Below, in pieces: positions 63,931 through 64,000 of a stretch of 64,000 nt of DNA. Source of the stretch: Selaginella moellendorffii (taxonomy: Eukaryota; Plantae; Lycopodiophyta). Under the pieces are notes generated by a model. That model was not told where the DNA came from. It did no database searches and saw only the letters and a program-made list of their open reading frames with translations. Each line of letters starts with the position of its first letter. The first letter of the stretch is position 1. Both the position numbers and the translations under genes were made by a program. The stretch is taken from positions 1 to 64,000 of the forward strand of contig NW_003314425.1 of the NCBI RefSeq assembly GCF_000143415.4, written 5' to 3'.

Positions 63931-64000
63931 ATGGGAGCTTGCTTCGGCAAGAAAGATTGCGAGGCGACGGCGGCGTGCGTGGTGCCGGTATCGTGCCATC
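63931..64000 (+). CDS. Start of a gene with N-myristoylation/S-acylation-type N-terminus (truncated by the window)
   Basis: MGACFGKKDC... preceded by telo-box-like aagccctaaa at ~63823. Confidence 0.5.
   Translation, partial: MGACFGKKDCEATAACVVPVSCH

Overview
Compact, gene-dense land-plant genomic DNA with many ~50-100 bp introns, telo-box promoters, an ABI3 gene and PPR debris. This is consistent with a lycophyte such as Selaginella, which is an inference. The first ~16.3 kb is accessory. It holds a spliced locus (1254-6570, broken by an N gap at 4009-4898) encoding a ParB/Srx-like domain, a degenerate N6/N4 DNA-methyltransferase-like module and a plant FCP1-type HAD domain. About nine copies of a 22-bp palindrome (ATGGCRTG-N6-CAYGCCAT) are scattered through and around this locus. 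Next come a decayed LTR retrotransposon with a tRNA-iMet PBS, an AT-rich intronless B-lectin gene and PPR pseudogene fragments. The rest is mostly ordinary genes: IRX10/GUT-like GT47, PP6/FyPP, two LHT-like transporters, a DHHC S-acyltransferase, GET3, ABI3, MIRO, eIF2-alpha, a dipeptide epimerase, two DUF604 glycosyltransferases, a NEN exonuclease, an RCC1 protein, a bifunctional nuclease and an NLR. Two intronless insertions interrupt this block: a fungal-looking carboxylesterase next to a rearranged, inverted-repeat-rich segment, and a convergent pair of Uma2-like PD-(D/E)xK genes (one intact-looking, one degenerate) bracketed by 28-bp direct repeats. All family assignments come from motif recognition by eye; no searches were run.
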